A program made the translations under genes and the position numbers. This document shows positions 19,115 to 30,213 of a DNA stretch of 59,030 nucleotides, one piece after another. This DNA is from a virus (taxonomy: Duplodnaviria; Caudoviricetes). Under the pieces are notes generated by a model that was not told where the DNA came from, searched no databases, and saw nothing but the letters and a program-made list of their open reading frames with translations. The stretch spans positions 1-59,030 of the IMG/VR virus record IMGVR_UViG_3300030406_002145, one strand, 5' to 3'. The first letter of the stretch is position 1. Every line of letters begins with the position of its first letter.

Positions 19115-22100
19115 TTAAGCGTAATTACAAGGTGTTTGGTCGTTACAATCTTTAACACATCTAACTATACCATGTCTAACTGTAAACCATAAATCATCAC
19201 CACCGGTAGGAGCAAAATATGTGCCATCTTCAAGTGGGGTTTGACCATTTGCATCAGTAAACACCATATCATTCATGTATGGTATATTAACTGCTAATCC
19301 TGCCGCTCCTCCACACGCACCTGTTCCTGCTACACCAGGGATACAAGGAGCTCCGGTAGTTGTAGTTGGGTCATCTGAGTTGCCACCATATGAGTTATGT
19401 GCTATAAAACATGTGTCACTAGGTGCTCCTGCGGGTACACCACCTGCACAATAAGTTGCAAGAGTAAAGGTGTTAGTAACTTTATGAACATTAGTAGTGC
19501 TTATCGCAGGCAAGGCTGCCGGACACTCTACCTTAACTGTCAATGCAGTGTTAGATGTTATAGATACACCCTCTACTCTTATAAGTCGGTCATCTGCTTC
19601 CGGTTTAGGAATAACAGCCATTATCCATCCTGGCGACTTATCCTCACCCTCATATAGCTGAACCTGTGGACCTGATATAACATGTAAATATGTACTTGTG
19701 CCAGAAATAAATTGATTAGTTTGTCCATCATAAATGTTTGTTTTTAACGCCCCTTCATCACATAAAGTAACTGCTTGAGGATAAAGATAAACATCTTGTT
19801 GAATAACTTCACCATTTAGATATTCTAGTTCAAGTGGATTGTTTGGTAGCAAACCAAAGTTACCATTATACTGATGACTACCACTATTAGGTAAATTTAT
19901 TTGACCACCAAAATTACTATCTTGTGCTCCCTGACCCCCTGGAGCAAATCCCATAGAACAGTCAACCTCATTATCTAGGTTAGTACATGGTATGTATGAT
20001 ATAGGAGCATTGCCTTGGTTAAGCTTACCAATGTACATAAACATATCATAAGTCGCTTGAAAACTGCTACCAACTTGTGCATTTTCTAGTGTTGAATTAC
20101 CATCTTGGTCAATATAGAGTTGTTGGCTATAAATATTAGTTATTCCACCTGCAATAATTTCAGAACCATTATTGTCATTATAAAAAATACTTCTTTGTGC
20201 TCTAGTTTCATTAAAAGCTCCATTAGAGTTTTGAATAAATATTTGTTCAGGCAACAATTCATCAGCACCACCCGTGTTTAATGTAAAAACACTACCACCC
20301 TCTATCGCCCCTGTTTGAGTAATGTCTATTTGTGGTACAGGAGTTGTATTTGGAGGTGTTGCTAAAGACATACTATTTGTAATATAACCATCCTCTGTGA
20401 GGTCTCCCGTAATATTTTGCGAACCTCGCACGGCAAAGCTATTTGTTCTTACTAATACTGTGTCTCCTGAGATATTTAATTTTTTAACAAAAAGACCTAC
20501 GGGGTTAGCTCCTACCTCTGTAGCTCCTGCAAAAATTCTTACTATTACAGCTCCTGTTGCAGCTCCCGTAGTGTAGTCCACTTGATACAAACCACCACCT
20601 ACTTTATTAGAATCATTCTGAATTATAGTGCCGCAAGCCACAGGACTTGGGCTAAAAGATATATTTGTACGGGTTATAACATTATTTGTAACTTCAAACA
20701 CCCTATCCTCTCCTTGAGAATTTTTATATTTTACATATTTAGGAATGTCAGAATTATTAATAGAGCCACTACCATCAGGACTTGAGCACACTATGTCCCA
20801 TCTATTTGGAACACCGCTTTCATTTACCACTATCGATTGTGTATCTTGAGTTGCATAAGTTCCAATAGCTCCTGGCACATTATATATTAAATTAGTTAAA
20901 TCGTTTTCTCCTACTGCAAAAGCAGCTATTTCAGTATCTTGTGGTTGACTGCAATAAAATGTTTGACTTTGACCATTAGGGTCAAAAGGATTTTCAAAAA
21001 GATATGAAATAGGCTCTAAAATTTCAGCACAGTTAATATTTACTTTAACACCATATGCAGCCATATCAGCATTTGTAGTAACACCATTGGTTATAGCATC
21101 ACACCCTAGCATAGCTATCCTTATTCTTGCTCCAAAACTATCTCCGGTAGTGTTGGCGGGTCTAGGAACTACTGCTGTAAACCAACCTTTATATCCTCCG
21201 GGGGCAAAGCTAAATCCTGAACCGCTAACACCCGGATTGTCAAATGATGATGGAGGACCAAATTGAACCTGATTACTATTTACGGTTATGGTTTCTGTAA
21301 CATTTGGAGCAAATGCACTTTGACCGCTCCCCGAATCAAATAAAAAGTTTCTGTTTTGTAAAGTAAAGGTAGTACTCGGAGCTCCCAGACCTAAAGTAAA
21401 GTTAGGACTATTATTAGGTACTTGCATAACATCGGGAGTTGTACATGGGGCTGTTCCACTTTGAAATATAACACCTCCATTAGCATTAGCACCGGGTGCT
21501 GCAGGTGAAGTTGCGGCATGACCAACAAATAAAAAGTCAGTATCATTGTCTAAGACATTCTGATTGATATTTTTTTGATAACCCCCGTCATCTCCCCCTA
21601 GTCTAGGCTCTCCTGGTGTTACAAGAAATTGTTGGTCTAAAGTTAAAGAACTACTAAAATCAAGAGTTCCTGATGCAGAAAAGTTATTAGATGAGTATTC
21701 AGCTACTCCACCAATGCTTAAACTTGTACCTGACTCTAATAGTAAACCTACGCCCGCTCCGTATTGATTACTAATCCAAACTCTTGCTATAACCGCACCT
21801 GCTGTAGTAGGTCCTGTACCCAAGCCTGTCGTAATATTATATATTCCTAACATAGGCGGTAGAGTTAATGCCCCGCTAGTAGCTGACCCTTTGTTGATAT
21901 TTATAGCATAAATATTATTACCACTAACACTTTGACTAATCTGACACTCATTAACACATGAGGGACATTCATCATTTGGGATTTCAGCATCAACACTATT
22001 TATAGCAGGTCCTAAAGAACCAACACCCGCTGTGACAGTTTGATATCTAACAAAAGCTCCATCACTATAATAGCCTGCAGGGGCTACTGTGGTTAATGAT

Positions 22101-22171
22101 AAATCTGTAAACACACATGTGGCAAATTTAAACTCTACGCTATCTATAAAAAACTCTGTTAATGTTGGCAT
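19115..22171 (-). CDS. Tail-associated/receptor-binding-like protein with internal duplication
   Basis: 1018 aa, G/S/T/N-rich, Cys pairs, two similar halves. Confidence 0.55.
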   Translation of the reverse strand: MPTLTEFFIDSVEFKFATCVFTDLSLTTVAPAGYYSDGAFVRYQTVTAGVGSLGPAINSVDAEIPNDECPSCVNECQISQSVSGNNIYAININKGSATSGALTLPPMLGIYNITTGLGTGPTTAGAVIARVWISNQYGAGVGLLLESGTSLSIGGVAEYSSNNFSASGTLDFSSSLTLDQQFLVTPGEPRLGGDDGGYQKNINQNVLDNDTDFLFVGHAATSPAAPGANANGGVIFQSGTAPCTTPDVMQVPNNSPNFTLGLGAPSTTFTLQNRNFLFDSGSGQSAFAPNVTETITVNSNQVQFGPPSSFDNPGVSGSGFSFAPGGYKGWFTAVVPRPANTTGDSFGARIRIAMLGCDAITNGVTTNADMAAYGVKVNINCAEILEPISYLFENPFDPNGQSQTFYCSQPQDTEIAAFAVGENDLTNLIYNVPGAIGTYATQDTQSIVVNESGVPNRWDIVCSSPDGSGSINNSDIPKYVKYKNSQGEDRVFEVTNNVITRTNISFSPSPVACGTIIQNDSNKVGGGLYQVDYTTGAATGAVIVRIFAGATEVGANPVGLFVKKLNISGDTVLVRTNSFAVRGSQNITGDLTEDGYITNSMSLATPPNTTPVPQIDITQTGAIEGGSVFTLNTGGADELLPEQIFIQNSNGAFNETRAQRSIFYNDNNGSEIIAGGITNIYSQQLYIDQDGNSTLENAQVGSSFQATYDMFMYIGKLNQGNAPISYIPCTNLDNEVDCSMGFAPGGQGAQDSNFGGQINLPNSGSHQYNGNFGLLPNNPLELEYLNGEVIQQDVYLYPQAVTLCDEGALKTNIYDGQTNQFISGTSTYLHVISGPQVQLYEGEDKSPGWIMAVIPKPEADDRLIRVEGVSITSNTALTVKVECPAALPAISTTNVHKVTNTFTLATYCAGGVPAGAPSDTCFIAHNSYGGNSDDPTTTTGAPCIPGVAGTGACGGAAGLAVNIPYMNDMVFTDANGQTPLEDGTYFAPTGGDDLWFTVRHGIVRCVKDCNDQTPCNYA

Positions 22172-22184
22172 AATTTATTTTTAT

Positions 22185-25100
22185 TTAAGTACACGGAGTT
22201 CCTGATAAACAATCCGTACATCCCGCTCCCGTGCCACAAGATTGTACGCTTACAGTTATTGCATTTGTAGAGCAATTTTGCTCATATGTTTCAATTGGAG
22301 TGCCATTAATTTGCACAATAAATGGTATGGAGGTACTACACACCTGCCTGCATCCACTTTCTTCGACCACACCACTTTCACTTATTATTTTAGGAGGAAC
22401 AATAACATTGGTAATCGCTGCTGTTGTAAAATCTGTATATTGCAATGTGTATTGACAATTATTACTTGAGTTAACAATACTATAACAGGTCGGATTACCT
22501 GCTCCACAATCACAATCACAACATGTGTCAAATATATTAGCACTGCTATTGTTGGTAGCAGTAAGTGTCTGACACAATAATGTTTTCACTCTGCTTCTAA
22601 CATCTATAATAATATAAAATTCATTTTGTGTTCCTACAGGACTAGGCATAGAAGTGGTCGCTCTCCATTCAGTTGCTAACTTAGTAGCATCCCAACCCGT
22701 AGCAGGCTGCCAACCTTGAAGTTCATCATCCCAATACTCTATATTAGCTTTTGGTATAGCAATAGATGCAGCTAACAAAGCAACCGCATCAGCTTGACTG
22801 TTTTTATTAAAGTTAGTGGATGTTCTTAATATTCTAAAAGTATGAATTTCAGGATTAAACATAACTACCGCCTGTTCATTAGCAGTGACAAAAGGCTGAA
22901 ATTTTATTTCTATATTACTGCCGGGCGGCGGTGCTCCCTGACCCGGAGACTGATTCTGATAAGTTGTATCATTCCAACCTCCTAATCTAGGAACAAAAGG
23001 ATATTCTGTATTGTCACTTGTTGTATTGTATTCACTACCTACAGTATTGTTTGAAGATATACCACTTTGTATAAAGTTTCCAAAGGGCTGAACTGTTCCA
23101 ACCTCACCTCCTGGATTGCTCCATTGCCAGGTTGCAATGTAGCTTATTCCCTCATCCTGACCACTGTTTACATTAAAATAAGCTCCGTTTGCCCAACTGC
23201 CCGTATTGTCTATATCGATAGCTGAAGACACTCCTAAAGGATAATTAGAAGTGTATATTACTGTGTCTATGTTTAAAGGAGCAAGCAAAGGACAGTTAGC
23301 TGTAAAACTAACAGAAGTATTATTTGCTTGTGGTGTTACTTGAACAATACAGTTAGCAGGTGATACAGAAGTTTTTTCCCAAGTTATTATATTAGGACCT
23401 GAGCTGTATGTGCCTGTTGATACTACCGCTCCATCCCATAGCACTGAAACTTGTGCAGGACCGCCCACTATAACAACCTCCCAAACAAGTTGTCCTGTAG
23501 GTGCAGAAGTAGCTGTAGGTTCAAAATCTCCAATAGCTATCTCTACACTTTGAGTTGCAGTCGAACCATTTGGATTTTGAAATGTAACATCACTTCCACA
23601 ATCAAATATTGGTAAATCTAATTCATCATCTATTTCTGATGTTGTTTCACACTCATCAGTAGATGTAATAACGAGTGGTCGGTCATTTATAGATATTACA
23701 TACTCGTTCATGTATGGGTCATACCCTCCTAGCTTTTGTGTGAAAGGAGTAATAGAAGATGGTGTAGCAGCACCCAAACTACTGTTTTGTGGTGTTCCTA
23801 CAAGTTTTGCCGGTCCTTGACCATTAAAAACATCTCTAAAAAATGAACGAAGACCTAACTCAGATATTACAGTAAGCTTCTCAGCAGAAGTGTCTTGCCC
23901 TGTTAGTCTTAGCACTGCACCTCGTTTTTCATCTATAAAAAACTTATCTAAACCATACTGCACATAACTTTCAGGATTATTACTTATACCATATTGCTCG
24001 GTTCTTGCTATCTGAGTTCCTAGCACCTCAGGAACAGAAGCTATGTCACCACCACCCGCAGCATCACTCAGTAGATTTTTACCTTGCAACACATAAGAAA
24101 TTTTATCTTCTTGTAAAACTAAAACATCTGTTTCTCTGGAGTCCATAACTTGTATAGCTCCAAAAGAATCTTCTAAAGATTTAAAATTAACTAAACCAAG
24201 ATTAAACTCATTAAGATTATTAAGACCTGACTCGTCATTAAAAACACCACTGTATGTAATATCAGATGGTCTGTGATTTTGTCTATAATCCTCCTCGGTA
24301 GTGGTTACTGCTCTATTTCCTAAATTAAATGTTTTACCATTTAATTTATCTTCAATCTTGTAACTTTCCACACCATTACCAAATGTAAAACAATTAAAAA
24401 ACTGTAAGTTAATAACGCCTGTAGTTCCTGCTGAACTTGCGTTTGTCACCTGATTTATGTCTCCATGAGCAGCAATACCATTATGAGAGCCATTAGCTGT
24501 ATCTATAGTATATGAATCAGAACCCTCATACCACAGTTCGGGATTAGCATCTGCTGCTAAAGTTTCAAAAACAGTTCCAACCAATGGAAGCTCTATTTCA
24601 ATTCGTGCCTTTACTCTTTTTTGAATAGAGTTACCGCCGCTTCCTTTAATATAAAGAAGTATTTCATTTGTATTAGTGTTTTGAACAAATCTTAAAAGAT
24701 TCTGACAATCATCATTTAAATCAAATCCTGCAAAGATATCATTGATGTTTGTAGTGTTTGTTGCAGGAGTTTCTATGTATGTGTTGGTTACAAAGCCATT
24801 ACAGGGATTGCCAATAGTAACACCTGAGTTTAGTGTTGCACCTATATTCATGCCATTAAAAAACTCAATGAAATTTGAATAGGTAGCGTCAGCAACAAAT
24901 GTTTGTTCATATTTATATTTTAATTTGCCCTGACTACCATCAGAACTATCACCTTTTCTTTTGGTTGAATAAAATATTTTGACAGCAGTGCCTTCGGGTA
25001 TTACAAAAGGTGTAAAAACGGTATTGTTGTCATCATCTAAAGCGGGTGCTCCACTCAAACCTTTATAAGCTAAAACAGGAAAATCTTGAGTGCTAGTAGA

Positions 25101-27932
25101 ACCAGAGCTCTCAAATGCAAATTGTGTTAAATTATAATTATTAACAGGATACGGTACAAGTTGGTCTTGTGTTAAAGCAAAAGGAAAGTTTTTAAGCTGC
25201 ATATATACCCCTTGAGGAACATAGTCTTCTGCTCCCACATTAGGCGTTCCTGAAATCACCTCCTCTACTGTTCCAGGCTCTAAATCTACATCAATAAAGT
25301 TTTTTTCTTTAGCACCTTTTGACAATACCTGAACAACCTCACAAGAGTCCGTAGCACCCAATGCATCTTTTTTAACTATTAGTTGGTCTCCTGTTTCTAC
25401 TTTTAAAGCGTTCTCTCCTTCAAGTAAAAAGTAATAAGAACCATCTAAAGGGTCTTTGAACGACTTACTTGAATAAATAGTATTATATGTATCTTTTGTA
25501 GGTTTTAAAGCAAACTTATAATGAGTTGCCCACTTAGGAGCAAACTGTGTAGGAGGAATAGTTACTTTAATTTTATTTATCAATGATGAGGCTGAACATG
25601 GAAAATGAACCGTTGAAGCAGCCGTTGTTACACTACTATTTATATCTGTTGTTACAAAAGTATCTGTTAGTAGTGGCGGAGTTGCTCTATTAAATTTATC
25701 CATATAAATCATACCAACCTCATAACCTCTATTACTATGTAGACTTTTTTGACCATTAGGGTCAATCAAGGTTACTTTACTAGTATTAATAAATGGCATA
25801 ACCAATGCATTATTTGCTTGACCTGAGGTTGGTGACTGAATAATTGGAATATATATCATGGGATTTAACACCAACTTTATTTCATTCTCTGATGGGCTAG
25901 TATAAAGTATAGGCTCTGTTTGAACCGAAGATGCATTTACGGCAATATTTGAACTGTTACCACTTACATATTTTACCACATTAGATATGTTTCCTAATGG
26001 GGAAACAGGCAACCCTGCCGTTGAAACAGGAGTTATAGTTGGCTCAAACACTGCATTTATAGCATCTGTTAGTGTAGGATTTTCAACAGCACTTGCTGTC
26101 CCAGGAGTAGCAAATCCACCATCAGCAGCAATGCCTGCCCCTAAACGACTTTGAAAATCAGAGCTTAATAATAATTCTTGAGCACTTCCAAATGTCTGGG
26201 GGAGAGTGTAACTCCAATTAACAGACTGAAAATTTAACCCTGTTGTAGGGGCTGCTCCTCCTAGTCCTGTGAAAGTAGTAGTACCACCTAAGTCATATAA
26301 AATATTACCCTGTACAATATTAAATGAAAACTTAATGGTAGCACCCTCAATCAATTGCAATCCTGCAAAATTTATTGTTATTGCAGCTTCAGGAGCAGCA
26401 GGAAGTGTATATCCATATATAGGGTTTGTAAAAGTATGACTGCTCGTTGTTCTAGGCACTACTGTTTCTCCAACTTCTCTTGAGATGCCTGATGCAGTAT
26501 ATTGTATTCTAGTAGGCTCATTAGCATAGTTAATTAAATTATAATTTTCAATATAATTACCATACATTAACCTGTTACCCATGATGGTTTGAGCTTTAGC
26601 AACTCGTGGCACATTATCAAATGTTCTCAATATTTCTTGAACAGGCAATACTTGATATATCTTGCTATTATCAAAAATAATTTCAAATGTAGTATTACTA
26701 GCAACATTATTAGCTGCCTTATTAATTTTTTCTGCCACCTTTATTACAGAACTGTCCGCTTCTTTAAACAACACTTCTATCTCTTCAACCAACTCACTAC
26801 CCGTATCAAAGCTTACTCTAACTCTGTTTTGCTTGTTAAGCATACCCTGATTGTTAAACTCATCAGAAGATATAAAAAACTGTCCCGGCTCAAAAGCAGG
26901 GTCACTAAATTGTGATACAGCAGAATATTGATTATTAGCATATTTAAATCTAGTTGCAAAACATATGTATTTGTCCTCTAAATAATTTACTTCACTATTA
27001 TTGCTAACATCTAAATTTATATTAGGAGAGTTGTTTGGTGGTGCTTTTATTACCATTATCTCTTCAGCACTAAATTGGTCTACAGAGGTTGTACCTATAA
27101 CAGCAGGAGCAGCAGGGGGTGTTATTGTCGGCAAACCATAGGTTCGTGTTACATTAATCATTCTAGGGGGGTTGTAGTTGTCGGTAAAAAACAACATGCC
27201 ATCTATTAGATTAACACCATTAATTAATCTGTTAGGATTAAAATTTAATGTAGTAGAGTATCCTGTAGTGCATGGAACACCATTATATATACTTGCAACC
27301 AATGTTCTCCAAACATTTTCTTGAGTGTCATACGCTACTATTAAATCTATTTTTTGTGTGTTAGTTACTATCTGATAATTATTACCCGCAACAAAAAGGT
27401 CATTCTGTAATTCTACTTGGCTTTGTGATGTAATATTCGAAACAAATGTATGAGGGTTGCCGGCTAAAGAAGTGTTAATAACCTTATCGCCAACTTGAAC
27501 ACCATCAGTTAAAAAAGATGCTGTATTATCTACTAATAACCCCACAATTGTATTAGTGGTTGTACCTGAAGTTATTGTTGTAGAAGGAGAGCCACTTGAG
27601 TCATACACACCTGTCCATTTAGGGTCATGTATAAACCAATAAAGAGTTTCATTTGAAGAATCTCCATAAACACCTAAGCATCTAGCCTGTGAGCTTAATC
27701 CCTGAACAGGAACAGTAACATTTCCTAAAGCATCAAATTGAGGTTGCTGTGGGAATGTAACAGTGGTAAGTCTTGTATTACCTTTTGCAACTTCAACCGA
27801 ACCAATCTCTGTTTCTTCAGTAGAACCTAATCTAACATTTACCGCATCGACATATTCTCCATTAGGTAGGAGTCTTTCATCGATAGCTTTATTCATTCTA
27901 CCCTTAGCAAAATTTCTTTGTATTTTTGCCAT
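22185..27932 (-). CDS. Tail tubular/stabilisation (nozzle) protein with accessory domains
   Basis: GRMNK.IDERLLPNGEY.DA.N, FTDNYNPPR.IN, GNRLMYGNY, GNGVES, YGISNNPES, GGYDP motifs. Confidence 0.75.
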   Translation of the reverse strand: MAKIQRNFAKGRMNKAIDERLLPNGEYVDAVNVRLGSTEETEIGSVEVAKGNTRLTTVTFPQQPQFDALGNVTVPVQGLSSQARCLGVYGDSSNETLYWFIHDPKWTGVYDSSGSPSTTITSGTTTNTIVGLLVDNTASFLTDGVQVGDKVINTSLAGNPHTFVSNITSQSQVELQNDLFVAGNNYQIVTNTQKIDLIVAYDTQENVWRTLVASIYNGVPCTTGYSTTLNFNPNRLINGVNLIDGMLFFTDNYNPPRMINVTRTYGLPTITPPAAPAVIGTTSVDQFSAEEIMVIKAPPNNSPNINLDVSNNSEVNYLEDKYICFATRFKYANNQYSAVSQFSDPAFEPGQFFISSDEFNNQGMLNKQNRVRVSFDTGSELVEEIEVLFKEADSSVIKVAEKINKAANNVASNTTFEIIFDNSKIYQVLPVQEILRTFDNVPRVAKAQTIMGNRLMYGNYIENYNLINYANEPTRIQYTASGISREVGETVVPRTTSSHTFTNPIYGYTLPAAPEAAITINFAGLQLIEGATIKFSFNIVQGNILYDLGGTTTFTGLGGAAPTTGLNFQSVNWSYTLPQTFGSAQELLLSSDFQSRLGAGIAADGGFATPGTASAVENPTLTDAINAVFEPTITPVSTAGLPVSPLGNISNVVKYVSGNSSNIAVNASSVQTEPILYTSPSENEIKLVLNPMIYIPIIQSPTSGQANNALVMPFINTSKVTLIDPNGQKSLHSNRGYEVGMIYMDKFNRATPPLLTDTFVTTDINSSVTTAASTVHFPCSASSLINKIKVTIPPTQFAPKWATHYKFALKPTKDTYNTIYSSKSFKDPLDGSYYFLLEGENALKVETGDQLIVKKDALGATDSCEVVQVLSKGAKEKNFIDVDLEPGTVEEVISGTPNVGAEDYVPQGVYMQLKNFPFALTQDQLVPYPVNNYNLTQFAFESSGSTSTQDFPVLAYKGLSGAPALDDDNNTVFTPFVIPEGTAVKIFYSTKRKGDSSDGSQGKLKYKYEQTFVADATYSNFIEFFNGMNIGATLNSGVTIGNPCNGFVTNTYIETPATNTTNINDIFAGFDLNDDCQNLLRFVQNTNTNEILLYIKGSGGNSIQKRVKARIEIELPLVGTVFETLAADANPELWYEGSDSYTIDTANGSHNGIAAHGDINQVTNASSAGTTGVINLQFFNCFTFGNGVESYKIEDKLNGKTFNLGNRAVTTTEEDYRQNHRPSDITYSGVFNDESGLNNLNEFNLGLVNFKSLEDSFGAIQVMDSRETDVLVLQEDKISYVLQGKNLLSDAAGGGDIASVPEVLGTQIARTEQYGISNNPESYVQYGLDKFFIDEKRGAVLRLTGQDTSAEKLTVISELGLRSFFRDVFNGQGPAKLVGTPQNSSLGAATPSSITPFTQKLGGYDPYMNEYVISINDRPLVITSTDECETTSEIDDELDLPIFDCGSDVTFQNPNGSTATQSVEIAIGDFEPTATSAPTGQLVWEVVIVGGPAQVSVLWDGAVVSTGTYSSGPNIITWEKTSVSPANCIVQVTPQANNTSVSFTANCPLLAPLNIDTVIYTSNYPLGVSSAIDIDNTGSWANGAYFNVNSGQDEGISYIATWQWSNPGGEVGTVQPFGNFIQSGISSNNTVGSEYNTTSDNTEYPFVPRLGGWNDTTYQNQSPGQGAPPPGSNIEIKFQPFVTANEQAVVMFNPEIHTFRILRTSTNFNKNSQADAVALLAASIAIPKANIEYWDDELQGWQPATGWDATKLATEWRATTSMPSPVGTQNEFYIIIDVRSRVKTLLCQTLTATNNSSANIFDTCCDCDCGAGNPTCYSIVNSSNNCQYTLQYTDFTTAAITNVIVPPKIISESGVVEESGCRQVCSTSIPFIVQINGTPIETYEQNCSTNAITVSVQSCGTGAGCTDCLSGTPCT

Positions 27933-27933
27933 A

Positions 27934-28857
27934 CTATTTTATCCACTTATCTCTCCCACGCAGATTCATAAGTAGTCTGCCAGGATGTATATTACTTATT
28001 CTTAGTTTTGCGTTTCGTAAAAGAGCCGCCTTTTCTCTTTGAGTTCTTCTGACAATATATTCTTGTGTCCCCACCTTAGATGCTAGTATTGCATATTTAA
28101 TATATGCATACACATATTCTTCAAACATTTTATTTACAGCCACCTTAGAGTCATCACCACCCTCCATGCCATCTGACACATATTCAAGAATGCAAGATTC
28201 TCCCTCCATGGTAGAATCAAAATTTATAACTCCTGCTTTTTTGTCAATCCTAAATGTTGGGTTTGCATTAGCCGTTTCAGTATTCAGCCCAAATCTAGAA
28301 CCTACTCTATAATCAAAATACCACATACCATCACAACAATATCCTTCAAAGCCATGGAACATGCTGTTTTTATTTAAATAAATACTTTTTTGTCCTCCTC
28401 TAATTCTGTCAAAATCTAATTCTGAAAACTCGGGACTCAAAGCATTACCATAAATGTCAAACAAAATATTTTCATTGTTATCTTGTAAATATGCTAAAGC
28501 ACTATTAACTTGAATGTTTTCTGTTAGTGGTCTTATCAAACCATCTTTATACATTGAAATCCTAATCCAATTTACAAAGTCAGATGGTAATATAAATCTC
28601 AATAAAGAATCAACAGTTAATTGTAAAACTTTTACTTCTTTAAATGCATCGTAGTTAAGTTCTTGTATTGCTCTTTTAGCATGAAAGATGACCTTATATC
28701 TTTGCTCATTATTAATAATAGCATGATTATCATTATACATCATCATAAAATTATTTACAATGTCTTGTAATGATACATACTGATACGAACCCCAATTAGC
28801 ATTTGTGGGATTGTTACCATTATTTTCATAATACTGATATTGAGATATATAACTCAT
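27934..28857 (-). CDS. Structural (tail adaptor/ring-like) protein
   Basis: LPSDFVNWIRIS, LEYVSDG; lies between capsid and nozzle genes. Confidence 0.6.
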   Translation of the reverse strand: MSYISQYQYYENNGNNPTNANWGSYQYVSLQDIVNNFMMMYNDNHAIINNEQRYKVIFHAKRAIQELNYDAFKEVKVLQLTVDSLLRFILPSDFVNWIRISMYKDGLIRPLTENIQVNSALAYLQDNNENILFDIYGNALSPEFSELDFDRIRGGQKSIYLNKNSMFHGFEGYCCDGMWYFDYRVGSRFGLNTETANANPTFRIDKKAGVINFDSTMEGESCILEYVSDGMEGGDDSKVAVNKMFEEYVYAYIKYAILASKVGTQEYIVRRTQREKAALLRNAKLRISNIHPGRLLMNLRGRDKWIK

Positions 28858-29825
28858 TAAGCTTCTTGTTTATCATCGAGCTGCTCTTGCGTAGCTCCAA
28901 ATTTATATACTTCTAATTCTCTTATAGACATACCTGCATATTGTAATATTTTAACAGTTAAGTCTACTATTGCATCTCTAGGTACTTCAAAATCTTGATA
29001 GTCAACAGCAGATGCATTAAACTGTGCAGACCCACCAACCGTAACAAAGGTCCACCGAGGTGCTTTGGGGTATCTTATATATTGACACTGAACATCACCC
29101 TTTTGATTTATAGTACTAGGATAAACAGTTGCCTGATTACCACTTATAACATAAGCAGGAAACTGCTTTGTTGGTTTAGTAAGATTAGAACTTGTTAAAT
29201 TAAATATTTTATTTTGCTCCACCTTTTCAACCTTAGTGGTATTAGTTGCATCGTATATCTTGTAGTTTTGCCCTGTAGCCATTATGTCTTCACTTAGACT
29301 CAATGTGGTCGCACTGTCCACTGCAGTAACATAAGCCACTAACATGGGTGCAGCAGGAGCTCCCGCCGGACTTGTATTAACAACAATACTGCCCACCACC
29401 GGGCTTGGACTTATAGCTGATGCAGTAAATCCTTGAGCAACATCAATTAATTTATATCCTTGCTGTGCTGTTGTAGTGCCACTAAATAATGCATTAGGAT
29501 AAAAAAACAACTGATTTATAAAATAATAATCAGATGGTAGATTATAAATATTAGCAGTATTTAAAGTTGCTGTTGGTTGGTCTAAAACAACGGACTGTGA
29601 AAAAATAGCTATATCCTCTTCTATACCTTTTTTAATGTCAGCATATCCTGTGCCTTGTAGTCTTCTATTTTCTTTTGTAAGTTGATAGTTATATTCGTAA
29701 AAATAATCTTCAAACACATCTAGCTGTGCCTGCTCAGCAAATAGATTAAAGTCAGCAGGACTTAGATATCCATAATTATTTTTGTTCAATACTGACAGTA
29801 CTGTACTATACACTTCATTTATCAT
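28857..29825 (-). CDS. Structural (head-tail connector/ring-like) protein
   Basis: NKNNYGYLSPADFN, YIRYPKAPRW motifs; position. Confidence 0.6.
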   Translation of the reverse strand: MINEVYSTVLSVLNKNNYGYLSPADFNLFAEQAQLDVFEDYFYEYNYQLTKENRRLQGTGYADIKKGIEEDIAIFSQSVVLDQPTATLNTANIYNLPSDYYFINQLFFYPNALFSGTTTAQQGYKLIDVAQGFTASAISPSPVVGSIVVNTSPAGAPAAPMLVAYVTAVDSATTLSLSEDIMATGQNYKIYDATNTTKVEKVEQNKIFNLTSSNLTKPTKQFPAYVISGNQATVYPSTINQKGDVQCQYIRYPKAPRWTFVTVGGSAQFNASAVDYQDFEVPRDAIVDLTVKILQYAGMSIRELEVYKFGATQEQLDDKQEA

Positions 29826-29829
29826 ATGA

Positions 29830-29837
29830 CAAAGATA
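29830..29837 (-). promoter_or_regulatory. Bacteroidota -7 promoter element
   Basis: TATCTTTG 4 nt before ATG 29825. Confidence 0.6.
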
Positions 29838-29870
29838 CTAAAAAAAGAATATAGCCTTAAATTTATAGAG

Positions 29871-30209
29871 CTATTGTATGCTGCCAATACCTATTCTTTT
29901 ACCTGTGGTAGACAAAACATTAGGCGGAAAGGTTGAAGGGAAAGTAAAAGTATTTAACGAAGAAGCTGCTAAATTTATAATTTGTTTAGAAAAAAAATTT
30001 AATGCTGTGGCATCTCCTGCATTTAAAGCATCAGTAAAAAAAACTGACACTGTTACGCTGTTTGAATAAATTATGTCAATTCCATTATTTGCGGGAGACT
30101 TAGGTTTTATGGTTGCAATACCATCTATTCCTATTACCTGCTGTAATGATTGTGAGCCTGCACCTGAAGCTGTAGTTTTAGTAGTTGTGAATATTAAAAA
30201 TTTACTCAT
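29871..30209 (-). CDS. Small putative virion protein
   Basis: ORF in the structural operon; weakly resembles 30276..30635. Confidence 0.6.
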   Translation of the reverse strand: MSKFLIFTTTKTTASGAGSQSLQQVIGIDGIATIKPKSPANNGIDIIYSNSVTVSVFFTDALNAGDATALNFFSKQIINLAASSLNTFTFPSTFPPNVLSTTGKRIGIGSIQ

Positions 30210-30213
30210 AGTG

